Shown one piece after another: positions 39,157 through 39,235 of a stretch of 39,235 bases of DNA. The DNA is from Escherichia phage 64795_ec1. Numbering within the stretch: position 1 is the first letter of the stretch; the number at the start of each line of letters is the position of its first letter. Under the pieces are notes generated by a model. The model did not search any database, had not been told where the DNA came from, and worked only from the letters and a program-made list of their open reading frames with translations. A program made the translations under genes and the position numbers. Location of the stretch: the sequence record NC_031114.1. The stretch is one strand, 5' to 3'.

Positions 39157-39235
39157 TCTCACAGTGTACGGACCCAAAGTTCCCCCCATACGGGGTACCT
39201 AAAGCCCACCTAAAGTCAACCGAAGGTCCTTAGGG
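39157..39235 (+). repeat. beginning of the direct terminal repeat (partial, truncated by the window edge)
   Basis: TCTCACAGTGTACGGACCCAAAGTTCCCCCCATACGGGGTACCTAAAGCCCACCTAAAGTCAACC closely matches the T7 genome-end sequence as recalled. Confidence 0.7.

Overview
The window is an almost complete genome of a T7-like podovirus (Autographiviridae, Teseptimavirus-type), colinear with coliphage T7 from the early promoters (phiOL, A1-A3) through gene 19.5 and into the start of the right terminal repeat. All genes are on the + strand; the left terminal repeat is not in the window. I can place 17 T7-RNAP promoters (TAATACGACTCACTATAGGGAGA family), the Tphi and TE terminators, several RNase III hairpins and about 55 coding regions. 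Comparisons to T7 rest on my recollection of the T7 reference, not on a search. I do not find a convincing wholly new multi-gene system; what stands out are local departures from the T7 layout. (1) The tail fibre gene 17 is mosaic: a T7-type N-terminal anchor joined to a non-T7 distal domain that ends in an S74-type intramolecular chaperone, and the gene is split by a one-base frame break. (2) Gene 16 has a one-base frame break about 50 codons from its end. (3) A free-standing HNH endonuclease gene sits between gene 1.2 and the ligase gene, directly behind phi1.3. (4) A second HNH/AP2-type endonuclease gene at the 3.8 position is interrupted by an in-frame amber codon. (5) The phi9 promoter carries a one-base insertion in its specificity region. 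(6) The T7 ORFs 0.6B, 2.8 and 7.7 are absent, and gene 1.2 and the primase zinc-binding region look divergent. The several single-base lesions may be sequencing artefacts or real; read-level data are needed to tell.
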